The notes: generated by a model not told the origin, from the sequence alone. A stretch of DNA of 32,000 nt from Candidatus Iainarchaeum sp. (GCA_028700115.1 JAQVTI010000001.1:90001-122000); one strand, 5' to 3'. Positions 9,276 through 20,099 are shown, counted from the stretch's first letter. Translations and numbers: made by a program.

Positions 9276-10766
9276 TTAAATTAATCTTCTAGGAGGAATA
9301 GAATATTTTCTAAGCCAATCTATATCGTTTTCATCACCATAAATTTCTTTAATATTTGTTTTATTATATAAAAGCATTGCAATTCTTTCAATACCAATCC
9401 CCCATGCAATAACATTATTTTTAATACCATAAGGGAAAAGACATTCTTTTCTAAAAATACCAGAATTCATTATTTCAACCCATGAATTTTTTTCTTCAAA
9501 AAATGCAAAAACTTCAATACTTGGTTCTGTATATGGATTATAAGTTGGTTTTATTTTTATTTTTTCAATACCTAATTTTTTTAAAAAAACTTTAATAAAT
9601 CCAATTAAATCAGATAAAGAAATATTATCACCTATAACAAATCCTTCAGCTTGATGAAATTCAGGAAGATGTGTACCATCTATTGTTTCATTTCTAAAAA
9701 CTTTTCCAATACTAAAATATTTTGAATTTTGTTTTTCATCTTCTGAAAGTTCTAAAAATTTTCTAAAAGTTGAAGCAGTTGTATGTGTTCTTAAAATTAA
9801 TTGTTTAGAAATATCTATATCCCACAAATATCTATGACCTAAAGAATTTGTTTTAGATCCATTTTCATGAACATCTTTAATTTTTTTTAAAAAAGAAGAA
9901 TCTTTTGGAAGTTTACCATTTAATGGTAAAAAAAAAGTATCTTGTAAATCTCTCATAGGATGATCTTGTGATATAAACATAGAATCCATTGACCAAAAAG
10001 ATAAATCAACATATGGACTTTTCATTTCTTTAAAACCCATTTCTAAATATAAATCTCTTATATAATATAAAATTTGTCTTAATGGATGAATCCTTCCAGC
10101 ATCTTTTGGTTTTGGAAGTTTTTCTACTTCAAATTCTTTAAAGATTTTATTTTTATAAGATTTATTTTTTAAAGAATCTGAATCAAGATTTAAAATTGTA
10201 TCTGAATCTAAAATATAATCTGTATTTTTTAAAAAAGCATAATTTTTTTTAGTAATCTGCTTTTTAGAAATAAAATTTCTTTTTAAAAAATAATCAATAT
10301 ATTTATCAGAAACTTCTTTATTTTCTGAAATTAACAATAATTTTTCTTTTTTTTCTTTAATTTTTTCTTTATAATCTAAAACAGGAACAATTATTGAATC
10401 TTTAATATTTATTAAATTATCTTTTTTACAAACACCAAAAGCAAGAATGATTTCTTGTATATTTAAATTATTAATATTTATTTCTTTTAATGAAGATATA
10501 TTTATATTTTTATTAATTAAAAAATCACACAAAATTTCTTCAATAAATCCTTTTTTTAAAGATTCTAAACCAATTTTTTCTAAATTATAAATATTTGAAA
10601 AAAATATATTTTCTGAAATTAAATTTTCAGACTTTAAAAATTCTATAGATCTCCTTATAGAATCTACATCTAAATCTATATTTTCAATTAATTCTTCAAA
10701 ACTACATTTACTTAAATTTTTTATTTTTAAATATACTATTTCATCAGATACACTAAATCTAATCAT
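9276..10766 (-). CDS. pheS: Phenylalanyl-tRNA synthetase alpha subunit
   Basis: Class II motifs: HPLRQILYYIRDLYLEMGF (motif 1), LRTHTTASTFR (motif 2), GIGIERIAML (motif 3). The long N-terminal extension is typical of archaeal and eukaryal PheS. Confidence 0.9.
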   Translation of the reverse strand: MIRFSVSDEIVYLKIKNLSKCSFEELIENIDLDVDSIRRSIEFLKSENLISENIFFSNIYNLEKIGLESLKKGFIEEILCDFLINKNINISSLKEININNLNIQEIILAFGVCKKDNLINIKDSIIVPVLDYKEKIKEKKEKLLLISENKEVSDKYIDYFLKRNFISKKQITKKNYAFLKNTDYILDSDTILNLDSDSLKNKSYKNKIFKEFEVEKLPKPKDAGRIHPLRQILYYIRDLYLEMGFKEMKSPYVDLSFWSMDSMFISQDHPMRDLQDTFFLPLNGKLPKDSSFLKKIKDVHENGSKTNSLGHRYLWDIDISKQLILRTHTTASTFRKFLELSEDEKQNSKYFSIGKVFRNETIDGTHLPEFHQAEGFVIGDNISLSDLIGFIKVFLKKLGIEKIKIKPTYNPYTEPSIEVFAFFEEKNSWVEIMNSGIFRKECLFPYGIKNNVIAWGIGIERIAMLLYNKTNIKEIYGDENDIDWLRKYSIPPRRLI

Positions 10767-10840
10767 CTTTAATCACTAAATATATTATATATAAATACAT
10801 ATTTATTCTTTTCCTATTCATTAAAAAAAATAAATAAAAA

Positions 10841-11632
10841 TTAAAAATCATCATCCATAAAATCAAATTTTTTTTTATCACTTTTGATTTCAGAATGTTT
10901 TATAACAAATGATTTAATAGATCTTTGAATAGGATCTTTAAAAACTAATATTAAAATTATAATTAAAAAAATAAAAATTAAATAAAAACCTAAATTTTTA
11001 CTAAAAAAATTAGAAACTACAAAACTTGGTTTAGGAGGTTTTCTTTCATAAGCTAATATACTAATTTCATTTGATGAAATCCCTGAAAAAGAAATAGAAT
11101 ATTCATTAATTGGAGTATCTGGAATTGTAGGTTGTATAACTAAAGGATTATAAAAATGTAAATTTATTGAAGAATCTTTTGGTATATAATAAAGATCATT
11201 TATAATAAAATAATTTAATAAATTATTATTAAATTTCCAAAGATATTCTTCATCATTTTCATAAAGTTTGATTAAAAAAGAATCATAAGAATCATATTCA
11301 ACTCTAATAGTATTATTAAATTCATCAAAACCTATAGATAAATTTGAAAAATCAGTAATATATATGTGTGGTTTTAAATTTGGATCTATTTTTAATAATT
11401 GTTCTAAATTTAAATTTGCATTCAAAACATTTTCTTTAAATAATTCTAAATCTTTTGGATAATAAGATAAATAATCTATATTCCAAGTTTCAACTATATG
11501 AGCTTCTTTTGGAGAATAAATAGAAACATCTATTGAATAATTTCCTAAACTAGCTGCAGAAACAGAATATAAACCAATAATTAATATTAAAAAAAATAAA
11601 CTAAAATAAATTTTGCTTAAATAAATATTCAT
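10841..11632 (-). CDS. Secreted, C-terminally membrane-anchored protein of unknown function
   Basis: N-terminal signal-like segment ending SVSAAS, a roughly 190-aa Cys-free ectodomain, a C-terminal TM helix (GFYLIFIFLIIILILVF) and an acidic tail FDFMDDDF. Confidence 0.5.
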   Translation of the reverse strand: MNIYLSKIYFSLFFLILIIGLYSVSAASLGNYSIDVSIYSPKEAHIVETWNIDYLSYYPKDLELFKENVLNANLNLEQLLKIDPNLKPHIYITDFSNLSIGFDEFNNTIRVEYDSYDSFLIKLYENDEEYLWKFNNNLLNYFIINDLYYIPKDSSINLHFYNPLVIQPTIPDTPINEYSISFSGISSNEISILAYERKPPKPSFVVSNFFSKNLGFYLIFIFLIIILILVFKDPIQRSIKSFVIKHSEIKSDKKKFDFMDDDF

Positions 11633-11920
11633 ATATATCTACAACCTTTCGTTAAATATATTTTTAAAAAATATTATTAAAAATATATTTTTTAATTTAT
11701 ATTTTAATAAATAATATAAATTAAATATATATTATATATAAGATAAGATTTATATATTTTTGTAATAAAATTAAAATATAAAAAGAAGAATAAATATAAC
11801 AAATAACATTTTGTAAATAACAAAAAAGTAAAAAACATTAAAATATTTAAAAAAATAGTCCAAGACAATATGTAAAATAAAACAGTTGTATTTAAATAAA
11901 CTATCATACTATATATTAAT

Positions 11921-12613
11921 ATGGGTATAAATATAAAATATCTAGGACACTCTTCATTTTTACTAAATATTGATAAAACAAAAATCCTAACAGACCCTTA
12001 TTTCAGTAATACCCCACTTGGGGATATGGATAGAAAAATTAAATGTGCTATTTCTTTAGAAAATATGAAAAAAATAGATAATATTCTAATAAGCCATGAA
12101 CATACAGATAATTTTGAATTAAAATCAATAGAATATTTAATTAAAAAATTTAATCCAAAAATTATTGCACACCATAGTGTACTTAATAAAATTAATTCAA
12201 ATAATTATAATAAAATCTCAATAGATGAATATGAAATTAAAAAAATAAATAACATAGACTATAAAGCATATCCAGCACATCACCCAAGTTCATTTTATCC
12301 ATTAAGTTATTTAATTAAATCTAAATCTGGAAAAACAATTTATTTTGCAGGAGATACATTTATGACAAAAGATCATGACAAAATAAAACCAGATATTGCA
12401 ATTCTACCAATTGGTGGAAAAAGAACTATGGATCTTGGAACAGCAATTAGAGTTTCTAAAAAAATGAAACCTAAAATTTTAATTCCTATGCATTATAATA
12501 CTTTTGAAGATATTAATAAAAACCCAGAAGAATTAAAATATAAATTAGAAAAAACAAGTTATGATATCAATACAATAATACTTGAACCTGGAAAAACATA
12601 TAGACAAAAATAA
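11921..12613 (+). CDS. Metallo-beta-lactamase-fold hydrolase
   Basis: YLGHSSFLL at the N-terminus and the HxHxDx motif ISHEHTDN. 230 aa. Confidence 0.75.
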   Translation: MGINIKYLGHSSFLLNIDKTKILTDPYFSNTPLGDMDRKIKCAISLENMKKIDNILISHEHTDNFELKSIEYLIKKFNPKIIAHHSVLNKINSNNYNKISIDEYEIKKINNIDYKAYPAHHPSSFYPLSYLIKSKSGKTIYFAGDTFMTKDHDKIKPDIAILPIGGKRTMDLGTAIRVSKKMKPKILIPMHYNTFEDINKNPEELKYKLEKTSYDINTIILEPGKTYRQK

Positions 12614-12624
12614 ATATAAAAAAA

Positions 12625-13548
12625 TTAATAATCAGAAATTTCAATTAAATCTAAATCTTTTGCAACAAATGAATTTTTAAAAAACTTTTTTGCTTCTTTT
12701 TCAATAACTAAAACATCTTTATATCTTGGAGAAATATGTGTTAAATATAATTTTTTAACATCTGCTTTCTTAGCAAACAAAGAAACATCTTGTGCCACAG
12801 AATGCAAAGTTTCTTTTGCTCTTAATTTATGTTCTGAAATAAAAGATGATTCATGAATCAATATATCTGCATTTAATACTTTTGGAGGAACTTTATTTAA
12901 AACAAATGTATCTGTTAAATAACAAATTTTTTTCCCAATTTTTTTATAATTATAATCAATTACATCTTTTGGGAAGATAAATTTATTTCCAATCTTTATT
13001 TTTTCTCCATTTTGAAGTTTGCTAAAAAATGGTCCTTCAGGAATATTTAAACTTAATGCTTTTTTCTTATCAAATTTTCCAATTTTATCTAAAACTTTAA
13101 AAACATATCCAAAAGTTAAAACTGAATGATTTAATTTAACACAAGAAATATTTATGTTATCAAAAGTATATGAAAAACTTGATTTTACTTCTTTTAGATT
13201 TATTTTAAATGAAAAAATGATTTTAGAAGAAGCAATATATTGCTTAATATCTTTAGAAAAACCAAATGGTAAAAAAATATTTAAATCTTCAGTTCTTTGA
13301 TTTAATTGCATAGTTGCTAAAAGCCCTAAAAGACCAAAAAAATGATCTCCATGAAAATGAGTTATAAATATATTTTTAATTTTTAAAATACTTTCTGAAA
13401 CTTTCATAATTTGTTGTTGAACATTTTCAGGACAATCAAAAAGATAATTATTTCCTTTATAATTTATTAATAAAGAACTTAAATTTCTATTTTTAGTAGG
13501 AGTACTACTTGAAGTTCCTAAAAAATACATTTTAATTTTATCAGACAT
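12625..13548 (-). CDS. rnz: Ribonuclease Z (tRNA 3' endonuclease)
   Basis: MBL motif THFHGDHFFGL, N-terminal FLGTSSSTPT, size of 307 aa and a late-His block LTHISPRY, all typical of short RNase Z. Confidence 0.85.
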   Translation of the reverse strand: MSDKIKMYFLGTSSSTPTKNRNLSSLLINYKGNNYLFDCPENVQQQIMKVSESILKIKNIFITHFHGDHFFGLLGLLATMQLNQRTEDLNIFLPFGFSKDIKQYIASSKIIFSFKINLKEVKSSFSYTFDNINISCVKLNHSVLTFGYVFKVLDKIGKFDKKKALSLNIPEGPFFSKLQNGEKIKIGNKFIFPKDVIDYNYKKIGKKICYLTDTFVLNKVPPKVLNADILIHESSFISEHKLRAKETLHSVAQDVSLFAKKADVKKLYLTHISPRYKDVLVIEKEAKKFFKNSFVAKDLDLIEISDY

Positions 13549-13695
13549 ATATAAATTCCCTAATTTAATATATTAAAAACAAATATATTTTAAAGATGTT
13601 TCATTTTATATATATATTGTATATAATTATAATATTTTTTTAAAAAATATAATACATTTATATAAAATTATATTTTTAATTTAAAAATAAAGAAT

Positions 13696-15600
13696 GTGAT
13701 AAATATGAATATGACAGATAAAAAAAATGTTTCAGAAAAACAAATAAAAGATCTTGATTATAAAGATACAAGCCAAATACAAGTGCCTATTAAATTAATA
13801 GACCAAGTAATTGGACAAGATAAATCAATTAAACTTATTAAAAAAGCAGCAATGCAAAAAAGACATATTATGCTTATTGGAGAACCTGGAACTGGAAAAT
13901 CCATGATTGCAGCTTCTCTTGCAGAAATTCTCCCACCTTATAAACTAAAAGATATAATTAGTTATCCAAATATAGAAGATAATCACACACCAATTATAAA
14001 AATTGCAAATGCAGGAGACGGAAAAAAAATAATAGATCAAGCAAAATTAGAAGCAAATAAAGCAAATACTTCCCAGAAAATGATTGGGATGATTTTACCT
14101 TTAGGATTTCTAATAATTACAATTGTTTTATGGCAATTAAATAAAATTTCAGATATAGTTTTTGGGGCTATGTTAATTTTATCAGGATTTATAATGGTTA
14201 CTTCTGCACTTAGTATGCAGATGTTAAAAAAAGGAAATATTATTATTCCAAAATTATTAATAGATAATTCTAAAAAAAAACATGTTCCTTTTGTAGATGC
14301 AACAGGAGCAAGAGCAGGAGCATTACTTGGGGATGTTTTACATGATCCTTTACAATCTGGAGGTCTTGGAACACCTCCTCATTCAAGAGTAATTCCTGGA
14401 ATGATCCATAAAGCAAATGGAGGAGTTTTATTTTTAGATGAAATTGCAAGCCTTTCTCCTAAATCCCAACAAGAACTATTAACTATTTTACAAGAAAAAA
14501 AATATAGTATAACAGGACAATCAGAAATGTCTAGTGGGGCAATGGTTAGAACAACACCTGCTCCTTGTGATTTTATATTAGTTGCTGCAGGAAATTATCA
14601 AGATTTAGAAAAAGTACACCCTGCAATAAGATCTAGAATAAGAGGAACTGGTTATGAATGCCAAATGAATGTAGATGTACCAAATACTTCTGAAAATAGA
14701 AATAAAATAGTACAATTTGTTGCACAAGAAATTAAAAAAGATGGTAAAATCCCACACTTTAAAAAAGAAGCTGTTGATGAAATTATTTTTGAAGCTAGAA
14801 AAAAAGCAACTAGGAAAAATCATCTTACCTTAAAATTAAGAGAACTTGGTGGGCTTGTAAGAGCAGCAGGAGATATTGCCATAGAAAAAGGTAAAATTTT
14901 AGTTGATAAACAAGAAGTAATTGATGCAAAAATTTCATCATATACTTTAGAACAACAAATGGTTTCTAAAATGATGGATGTAAAAAAAGAATATGAAATA
15001 TATAGTACAAAAGGATTCAAAAAAGGAAGAGTTAATGGACTTGCTGTAATGGGAGATACAAATGCAGGAATTATGCTTCCAATAGAATGTGAAGTTACAT
15101 CTTCTCAAGAATTTCAAAAAGGACAAGTAATTGCAACAGGTAAACTTGGAGAAATTGCAAAAGAATCAGTTCAAAATGTTTCTGCAATTTTTAAAAAATT
15201 AACTGGAAAAGATATCTCAAATTATGATATACATATACAATTTTTACAAACACATGGTGTAGAAGGAGATTCTGCATCAATATCTATTGCTTCTGCAGTA
15301 ATTTCTGTATTAGAAAATATACAAATTGATCAAAATATAGCTATGACAGGATCATTATCAATTAGAGGAGAAGTTTTACCAGTAGGAGGAGTTACTGGAA
15401 AAATAGGTGCTGCAATAAGTTCAAAGATAAAAAAAGTAATTATACCATATACAAATAAAGAAGATGTTGTAATTTCTAAAGAAGATGAAAAAAAAATAGA
15501 AATAATTCCTGTAAAAACAATTTATGAAGTTATACAACATGCATTCAAAAATTGTAAGAAAAAAGAAGAACTTCTTAAAAAACTAAAAAAAATGGAATAA
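13696..15600 (+). CDS. lonB: Archaeal membrane-bound Lon protease (LonB)
   Basis: Walker A GEPGTGKS and Walker B LFLDEI. Two TM helices are inserted in the AAA+ module ([18 protein letters not shown]..., [17 protein letters not shown]). Protease Ser motif GDSASISIA. The start at 13696 is GTG; ATGs at 13705 and 13711 are alternatives. Confidence 0.92.
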   Translation: MINMNMTDKKNVSEKQIKDLDYKDTSQIQVPIKLIDQVIGQDKSIKLIKKAAMQKRHIMLIGEPGTGKSMIAASLAEILPPYKLKDIISYPNIEDNHTPIIKIANAGDGKKIIDQAKLEANKANTSQKMIGMILPLGFLIITIVLWQLNKISDIVFGAMLILSGFIMVTSALSMQMLKKGNIIIPKLLIDNSKKKHVPFVDATGARAGALLGDVLHDPLQSGGLGTPPHSRVIPGMIHKANGGVLFLDEIASLSPKSQQELLTILQEKKYSITGQSEMSSGAMVRTTPAPCDFILVAAGNYQDLEKVHPAIRSRIRGTGYECQMNVDVPNTSENRNKIVQFVAQEIKKDGKIPHFKKEAVDEIIFEARKKATRKNHLTLKLRELGGLVRAAGDIAIEKGKILVDKQEVIDAKISSYTLEQQMVSKMMDVKKEYEIYSTKGFKKGRVNGLAVMGDTNAGIMLPIECEVTSSQEFQKGQVIATGKLGEIAKESVQNVSAIFKKLTGKDISNYDIHIQFLQTHGVEGDSASISIASAVISVLENIQIDQNIAMTGSLSIRGEVLPVGGVTGKIGAAISSKIKKVIIPYTNKEDVVISKEDEKKIEIIPVKTIYEVIQHAFKNCKKKEELLKKLKKME

Positions 15601-15607
15601 ATTTATT

Positions 15608-15641
15608 AAAAAAGCTGTTATTTTAATATAACAGTTTTTTT
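15608..15641. terminator. Bidirectional hairpin terminator between convergent lonB and pcn
   Basis: CTGTTAT (15615-15621) pairs with ATAACAG (15628-15634) around a 6-nt loop. The stem is extended by an A-run (15608-15613) pairing with a T-run (15636-15641). The T8 run follows on the + strand and the equivalent run on the - strand. Confidence 0.5.
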
Positions 15642-15662
15642 TAATAAAACTATTTTTAAAAA

Positions 15663-16388
15663 TTAAAATAACATACAAGATAAATAAAACTTAATTTTTA
15701 TATCTTTTTCAATATTATATTCTAAAAAAAGAGGAGAATCATCTTTAAGTTTTAAAATAATTTCACAATCATTATCAATAGATTTAGTAATGTTTTTTAA
15801 ATATGCTAATGAAAATTTAACACAAACATTTTTTTTAGATTTAACTTTTGCTTTTAAAACACTAACTTCTATATCTCCTTTTTCTCCAAAAGATTCAATA
15901 ATTAATTTATTATCAACTAACTTTAAAGTCAAGGTACTTGATATAAGAGAAACATCTTTTAGTATTTCTTTTAAAAAATATGCAGGAACTGTAATTATAG
16001 ATTCATAATTAATTTCAGGAATAGAAATATCTGAATCTGAAATATCTATAAAAGAAGTATTAAATTTTCTTTGTATTGCCCCAAGTAAATTAATTTGTAA
16101 TGAATTTTCTTTAAGTTCTAATTTTAATTTATCTTTTTCAAAAGATCTAGATAACATATTATATACTTCTTGAATATTTAAACCAACTAAACTAGGATCA
16201 ACAGAATAGTTTTCAAAAAAATATTTTGGGAAATAAAAATCTATTAAAAGAATTTGTGTTTTATCAATTGCTTTTATATATATACCATCATCTTTAAATC
16301 TTACATTTGTTTCTTGTATTAAAGAAGAAATTCCTTCTAAAGATTTTTTAAAAAGAGATACATTTTTAGCAGTAATCATATTAAACAC
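15663..16388 (-). CDS. pcn: DNA polymerase sliding clamp PCNA
   Basis: About 240 aa with an archaeal PCNA-like pattern (FKDDGIYIKAIDKTQILLIDFYFPKYFFENYSV). Divergent from the RFC large subunit gene. Position 16388 is GTG; the ATG at 16379 (MITAKN...) is the more likely start. Confidence 0.85.
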   Translation of the reverse strand: MFNMITAKNVSLFKKSLEGISSLIQETNVRFKDDGIYIKAIDKTQILLIDFYFPKYFFENYSVDPSLVGLNIQEVYNMLSRSFEKDKLKLELKENSLQINLLGAIQRKFNTSFIDISDSDISIPEINYESIITVPAYFLKEILKDVSLISSTLTLKLVDNKLIIESFGEKGDIEVSVLKAKVKSKKNVCVKFSLAYLKNITKSIDNDCEIILKLKDDSPLFLEYNIEKDIKIKFYLSCMLF

Positions 16389-16539
16389 AAATTTTATTAT
16401 TTATTTATATAATTACTATACATACAAATGATTTATAAATTATTTGTAAAATCAAAAAAAATATAAATAAAATATATAAATAAATTATTTTAAAAAAAAT
16501 TACAAAACATTTAAATTTAAATACATCTATATTATATTT

Positions 16540-17778
16540 ATGCAAAAAATTATAGACAAATATACACCTAAAAATTTAGATGAAATTGTAAGTAATAAAA
16601 AAGCAGTTCTACAAATAAAATATTGGGCAAAAGAACATAAAAAACCATTATTTATTTATGGAGACACAGGTGTTGGAAAAACACTTTCTGCGAAATTAAT
16701 TGCAAAAGAAATGGACTGGTCTATTTATCATACAGATGCATCAGATATAAGAGGAAAAGAAACTATTTCTCAAATATACAATATTGCAACAAGCTCAATG
16801 ACATTATTTGGTAAAAAAAGATTACTTTTATTAGATGAAATAGATGCAATGGATGATAAAAGAGGAGGGGGGGATTATGGTGGATTTATTGAACTCTCTA
16901 AGATTATAGACAAATCTAAACAACCAATAATATTTATTGCAAACGATCCATATGAAAATAAAAAATTAAGACCTATTTTTGAAAAATGTGAACAAGTTAA
17001 ATTTGATCTCCCAAACAAAATATCAATATTAAAATTTGCAAAAGAAATTTGTGATAAAGAAGAGATTGATTATGATTTAGTTAGTTTAAAACAATTAATT
17101 GAAAATACAAAAAACGATATAAGAGCACTATTAATAGATTTGTCAGACTTTATTTTAAGTAAAAAAATGACACTTGAAAATATAGAAAACCTAGGGGATA
17201 GAAAAAAGGACGAAGATGTCTTTAAAGTCCTAGGCAAGATATTTTATCCTAAAGATTTTTATGAAACTAAAAACGTAACTTTTGATATGAATATTGATTG
17301 GAAGTTATTATTTGCATGGCTTGAAGAAAATATTCCTAGAAAATATCAAAATCCAACAAATCTAAAAAACGCAATGGATTCTCTTGCAAAAGCAGATTTA
17401 TATCAAGGAAGAATTGGTGCAACTAATTGGATTTTATTAAAATATGTTATGGATTATTTAACAATAGGAATAGCATATGCAAAAACAGAAAAAGAAATAG
17501 GTGGGTTTTCACCTTTTGTTTTTCCTTCAATTCTTAAAAAATTAAGTGGAAATAAAAAAGAAAGACTTATTAAAAATAATATTGTTAAAAAAATTAGAAA
17601 TAAAGCATATTGCTCAAAACACATAGTTGAAAAAAATCATTTCCCTATTCTTTCAATAATTGCAACTACTAATAAATATAATGAAGAACTAATAAAATAT
17701 TTTGAACTAGAACACGAAGAAATTAAACTTCTTGGTGCAAAGGTTACAAAAAAAGAATATGAAAAAATTGTGAATTAA
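16540..17778 (+). CDS. rfcL: Replication factor C large subunit
   Basis: YTPKNLDEIVSNKKAV, Walker A GDTGVGKT, Walker B LLLLDEIDA, and IIFIANDPY. 412 aa. Confidence 0.85.
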   Translation: MQKIIDKYTPKNLDEIVSNKKAVLQIKYWAKEHKKPLFIYGDTGVGKTLSAKLIAKEMDWSIYHTDASDIRGKETISQIYNIATSSMTLFGKKRLLLLDEIDAMDDKRGGGDYGGFIELSKIIDKSKQPIIFIANDPYENKKLRPIFEKCEQVKFDLPNKISILKFAKEICDKEEIDYDLVSLKQLIENTKNDIRALLIDLSDFILSKKMTLENIENLGDRKKDEDVFKVLGKIFYPKDFYETKNVTFDMNIDWKLLFAWLEENIPRKYQNPTNLKNAMDSLAKADLYQGRIGATNWILLKYVMDYLTIGIAYAKTEKEIGGFSPFVFPSILKKLSGNKKERLIKNNIVKKIRNKAYCSKHIVEKNHFPILSIIATTNKYNEELIKYFELEHEEIKLLGAKVTKKEYEKIVN

Positions 17779-17779
17779 T

Positions 17780-19573
17780 ATGGCAAAAAGTACAAAATAT
17801 AATAGAATAGCAATAATAGATAAAGATAAATGCCAACCAAAAGCATGTAACTATCTATGCCATAGAGTATGCCCACCTGTTAGAATGGGGGAAGATGCAA
17901 TTGAAATTACAAATAGAGATAACTGGTCACAACCAATAATTAATGAAGAACTTTGTACAGGTTGTGGGATTTGTTCTAATAAATGTCCTTTTGGAGCTAT
18001 ACAAATAATAAATATAGGGGTAGACTTTTCAGAACCAATACATCAATTTTCTATAAATTCATATAGATTATATTCACTTCCAGAAATTGAAAAAGGATAC
18101 ATTACAGGTATGATTGGAAGAAATGGTTCTGGAAAATCAACTGCATTAAATATATTATCAGGAGAGTTAATTCCTAATTTAGGAAATTATAAAGAAAAAG
18201 GAAATATAGATAAAGTAATAGAATATTATAGAGGAAAAAATATACAAAAACATTTTAAAGATATAAAAAATAAAGAAATAAAAGTATCTTACAAGATACA
18301 AAAAGTTGAAGATATACCTAAGATGTTTAATAAAAAAATAATAGATCTATTAAACATGACTACAAATGATAAAGACAATATTAAAGAAATAATAAAAGAA
18401 CTTGAACTTGAAAAAATTATTAATAAAAAAACAACAGAAATATCAGGTGGAGAATTACAAAGAATTGCAATTGCTGCAAGTCTTTTAAAAAAATCAAATA
18501 TATATTTCTTTGATGAATACACTACTTTTTTAGATATTAGACAAAGATTTAAAATAGCAAAACTTTTAAGGAAAAAAATAAATCCAGAAAAAGCAATTTT
18601 TTTAATAGAACATGATCTTGCAATACTTGATTATCTAAGTGATTTTACACAAATTATGTTTGGACAAAAAAATGCTTATGGAATGTGTTCTAATAAAAAA
18701 AGTACTAAAAAAGGAATAAATGAATTTTTAGATGGATTTTTAAAAGAAGAAAATATAAGAATTAGAAAATATTCAATAGATTTTGCATCTTTAAAAATAA
18801 CCCAAGATTTTAAAAAAAATATACTTACCGAATATCCAGATATGAAAAAAAAACTTGGAGATTTTGAATTAGATATAAAATCTGCAGAAATTAGAAAAGG
18901 AGAAATAATAGGGGTAATAGGACCAAATGCAATAGGAAAAAGTACATTTATAAAAATGGTTTCTGGAGAAATGAAACCTGATAATTGTAATATTAATAAT
19001 AACTTAAAAATATCATATAAATCACAATATATAGAATTAGATAAAGAAAAAACTGTAGAAGAATTATTTTTAGAAAAAGATATTGATTATGATATTTTTA
19101 ACTCAGAAATAAAAGGACAATTAGATTTAGAAAAGATAATACAACAAAAAATATCAGAATTATCTGGAGGAGAATTACAAAAAGTTGCAATAGCATATAC
19201 AATTTCAAAAAATGCAGACATTTATTTAATTGATGAACCTTCTGCTTTTTTAGATGTTGAACAAAAATTAATTATATCAAACGTAATTAAAAGCGTAATA
19301 AATAAAAAAGAAAAATCAGCTTTAATTGTAGATCATGATCTTTTATTTATTGACCAAATCTCTGATAGAGTACTTTTATTTGAAGGAACCCCATCTATAA
19401 AAGGATATGCAAATGAAATTGGAACTATTGAAAACTCATTTAATAAATTTTTAAAAGAACAAAATATGACATTTAGACAAGACCCCCAAACAAAAAGACC
19501 AAGAGCAAATAAAGAAGGTTCTCAAAAAGATAAAGAACAAAAAAGAGATAATAAATATTATTATTCTCTTTAA
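17780..19573 (+). CDS. abce1: ABCE1 / RNase L inhibitor-type ribosome recycling ATPase
   Basis: N-terminal 4Fe-4S ferredoxin Cys clusters (CQPKACNYLCHRVCP, CTGCGICSNKCP). Two ABC NBDs (GRNGSGKST, GPNAIGKST) with signatures SGGELQR and SGGELQK. Starts 1 nt after the rfcL stop. Confidence 0.95.
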   Translation: MAKSTKYNRIAIIDKDKCQPKACNYLCHRVCPPVRMGEDAIEITNRDNWSQPIINEELCTGCGICSNKCPFGAIQIINIGVDFSEPIHQFSINSYRLYSLPEIEKGYITGMIGRNGSGKSTALNILSGELIPNLGNYKEKGNIDKVIEYYRGKNIQKHFKDIKNKEIKVSYKIQKVEDIPKMFNKKIIDLLNMTTNDKDNIKEIIKELELEKIINKKTTEISGGELQRIAIAASLLKKSNIYFFDEYTTFLDIRQRFKIAKLLRKKINPEKAIFLIEHDLAILDYLSDFTQIMFGQKNAYGMCSNKKSTKKGINEFLDGFLKEENIRIRKYSIDFASLKITQDFKKNILTEYPDMKKKLGDFELDIKSAEIRKGEIIGVIGPNAIGKSTFIKMVSGEMKPDNCNINNNLKISYKSQYIELDKEKTVEELFLEKDIDYDIFNSEIKGQLDLEKIIQQKISELSGGELQKVAIAYTISKNADIYLIDEPSAFLDVEQKLIISNVIKSVINKKEKSALIVDHDLLFIDQISDRVLLFEGTPSIKGYANEIGTIENSFNKFLKEQNMTFRQDPQTKRPRANKEGSQKDKEQKRDNKYYYSL

Positions 19574-19601
19574 TTTTTTTTATTTTTTTATAATTAAAAA
19601 A

Positions 19602-20099
19602 TTATCTAATTAATTCTAATTGTATAGAATCATTATCAAAATTATCTTTAATAATTTGATTACATAAAGGAGAGATATAATTATTAGATATTTCTTTACT
19701 AAAATTTAATGTTCTTGATAAAGATAAATCAGAAACTAATTCTCCTGAATAAGAACAAGCTATTTTAATTGAGCCAGTATAGTTAGAACTATTTAAATTT
19801 GCAGAAAAATCAGAATAATTACAATTAATTGAACTTAAATTATTTATTTCTTGAAAATATAAATTTAAATAATTTTCTACCTTTAAATTATAATCTAATT
19901 TAGAAGAAATATTACAATCAGAATAAGAAGTATCTGCAAGAGCATCAGCAATAACATTATCTACAGAAATAACTACATCTGTTGAAAACATTTCTAAATC
20001 TTTTACAATATTAACCTGCCCAACATAATTCACATTTGGTACAAAAAATGCAAGCATAATTAATAAAAATATTGAATTAAATAAACCTTTTTGATTCAT
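19602..20099 (-). CDS. Type IV pilin-like protein D (class III signal peptide), unknown family
   Basis: MNQKG followed by LFNSIFLLIMLAFFV, then an N/S-rich domain with 4 Cys. I place the start at ATG 20099 because GAGGAG (20104-20109) lies 4 nt upstream. The ORF-track start at 20111 is a GTG inside that SD. Confidence 0.6.
   Translation of the reverse strand: MNQKGLFNSIFLLIMLAFFVPNVNYVGQVNIVKDLEMFSTDVVISVDNVIADALADTSYSDCNISSKLDYNLKVENYLNLYFQEINNLSSINCNYSDFSANLNSSNYTGSIKIACSYSGELVSDLSLSRTLNFSKEISNNYISPLCNQIIKDNFDNDSIQLELIR

Noticed and set aside
10846-10861. GGATGATGA (C-box-like) at the end of the anchored-protein gene, considered as a C/D box sRNA
   Set aside because: The motif is simply the coding sequence for MDDD. 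No CTGA D box or terminal stem occurs at the appropriate distance downstream.
11704-11907. 67-aa ORF in the 288-bp spacer between the anchored-protein gene and the MBL gene
   Set aside because: The translation (…FFFLYFNFITKIYKSYLIYNIYLIYIIY) is pure AT-rich low complexity. It occupies a divergent promoter region and is most likely non-coding.
11633-11920. Long, extremely AT-rich spacer considered as a possible replication origin
   Set aside because: There is no orc1/cdc6 gene adjacent. I found no repeated ORB or mini-ORB-like elements or G-strings flanking an unwinding element. AT-richness alone is uninformative in this genome.
13612-13626. 15-mer ATATATTGTATATAA shared by the lonB upstream region and the HTH-gene upstream region (27744-27758)
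   Set aside because: With about 0.34 per-position match probability in this composition, dozens of 15-nt identities are expected among all position pairs in the window. The flanks do not extend the match.
16425-16446. Near-perfect 22-bp palindrome CAAATGATTTATAAATTATTTG in the pcn/rfcL divergent promoter region
   Set aside because: There is one mismatch pair. At this base composition a rough estimate gives several such 10-of-11 palindromes by chance per 32 kb. It is not repeated elsewhere, so it is not distinguishable from background.
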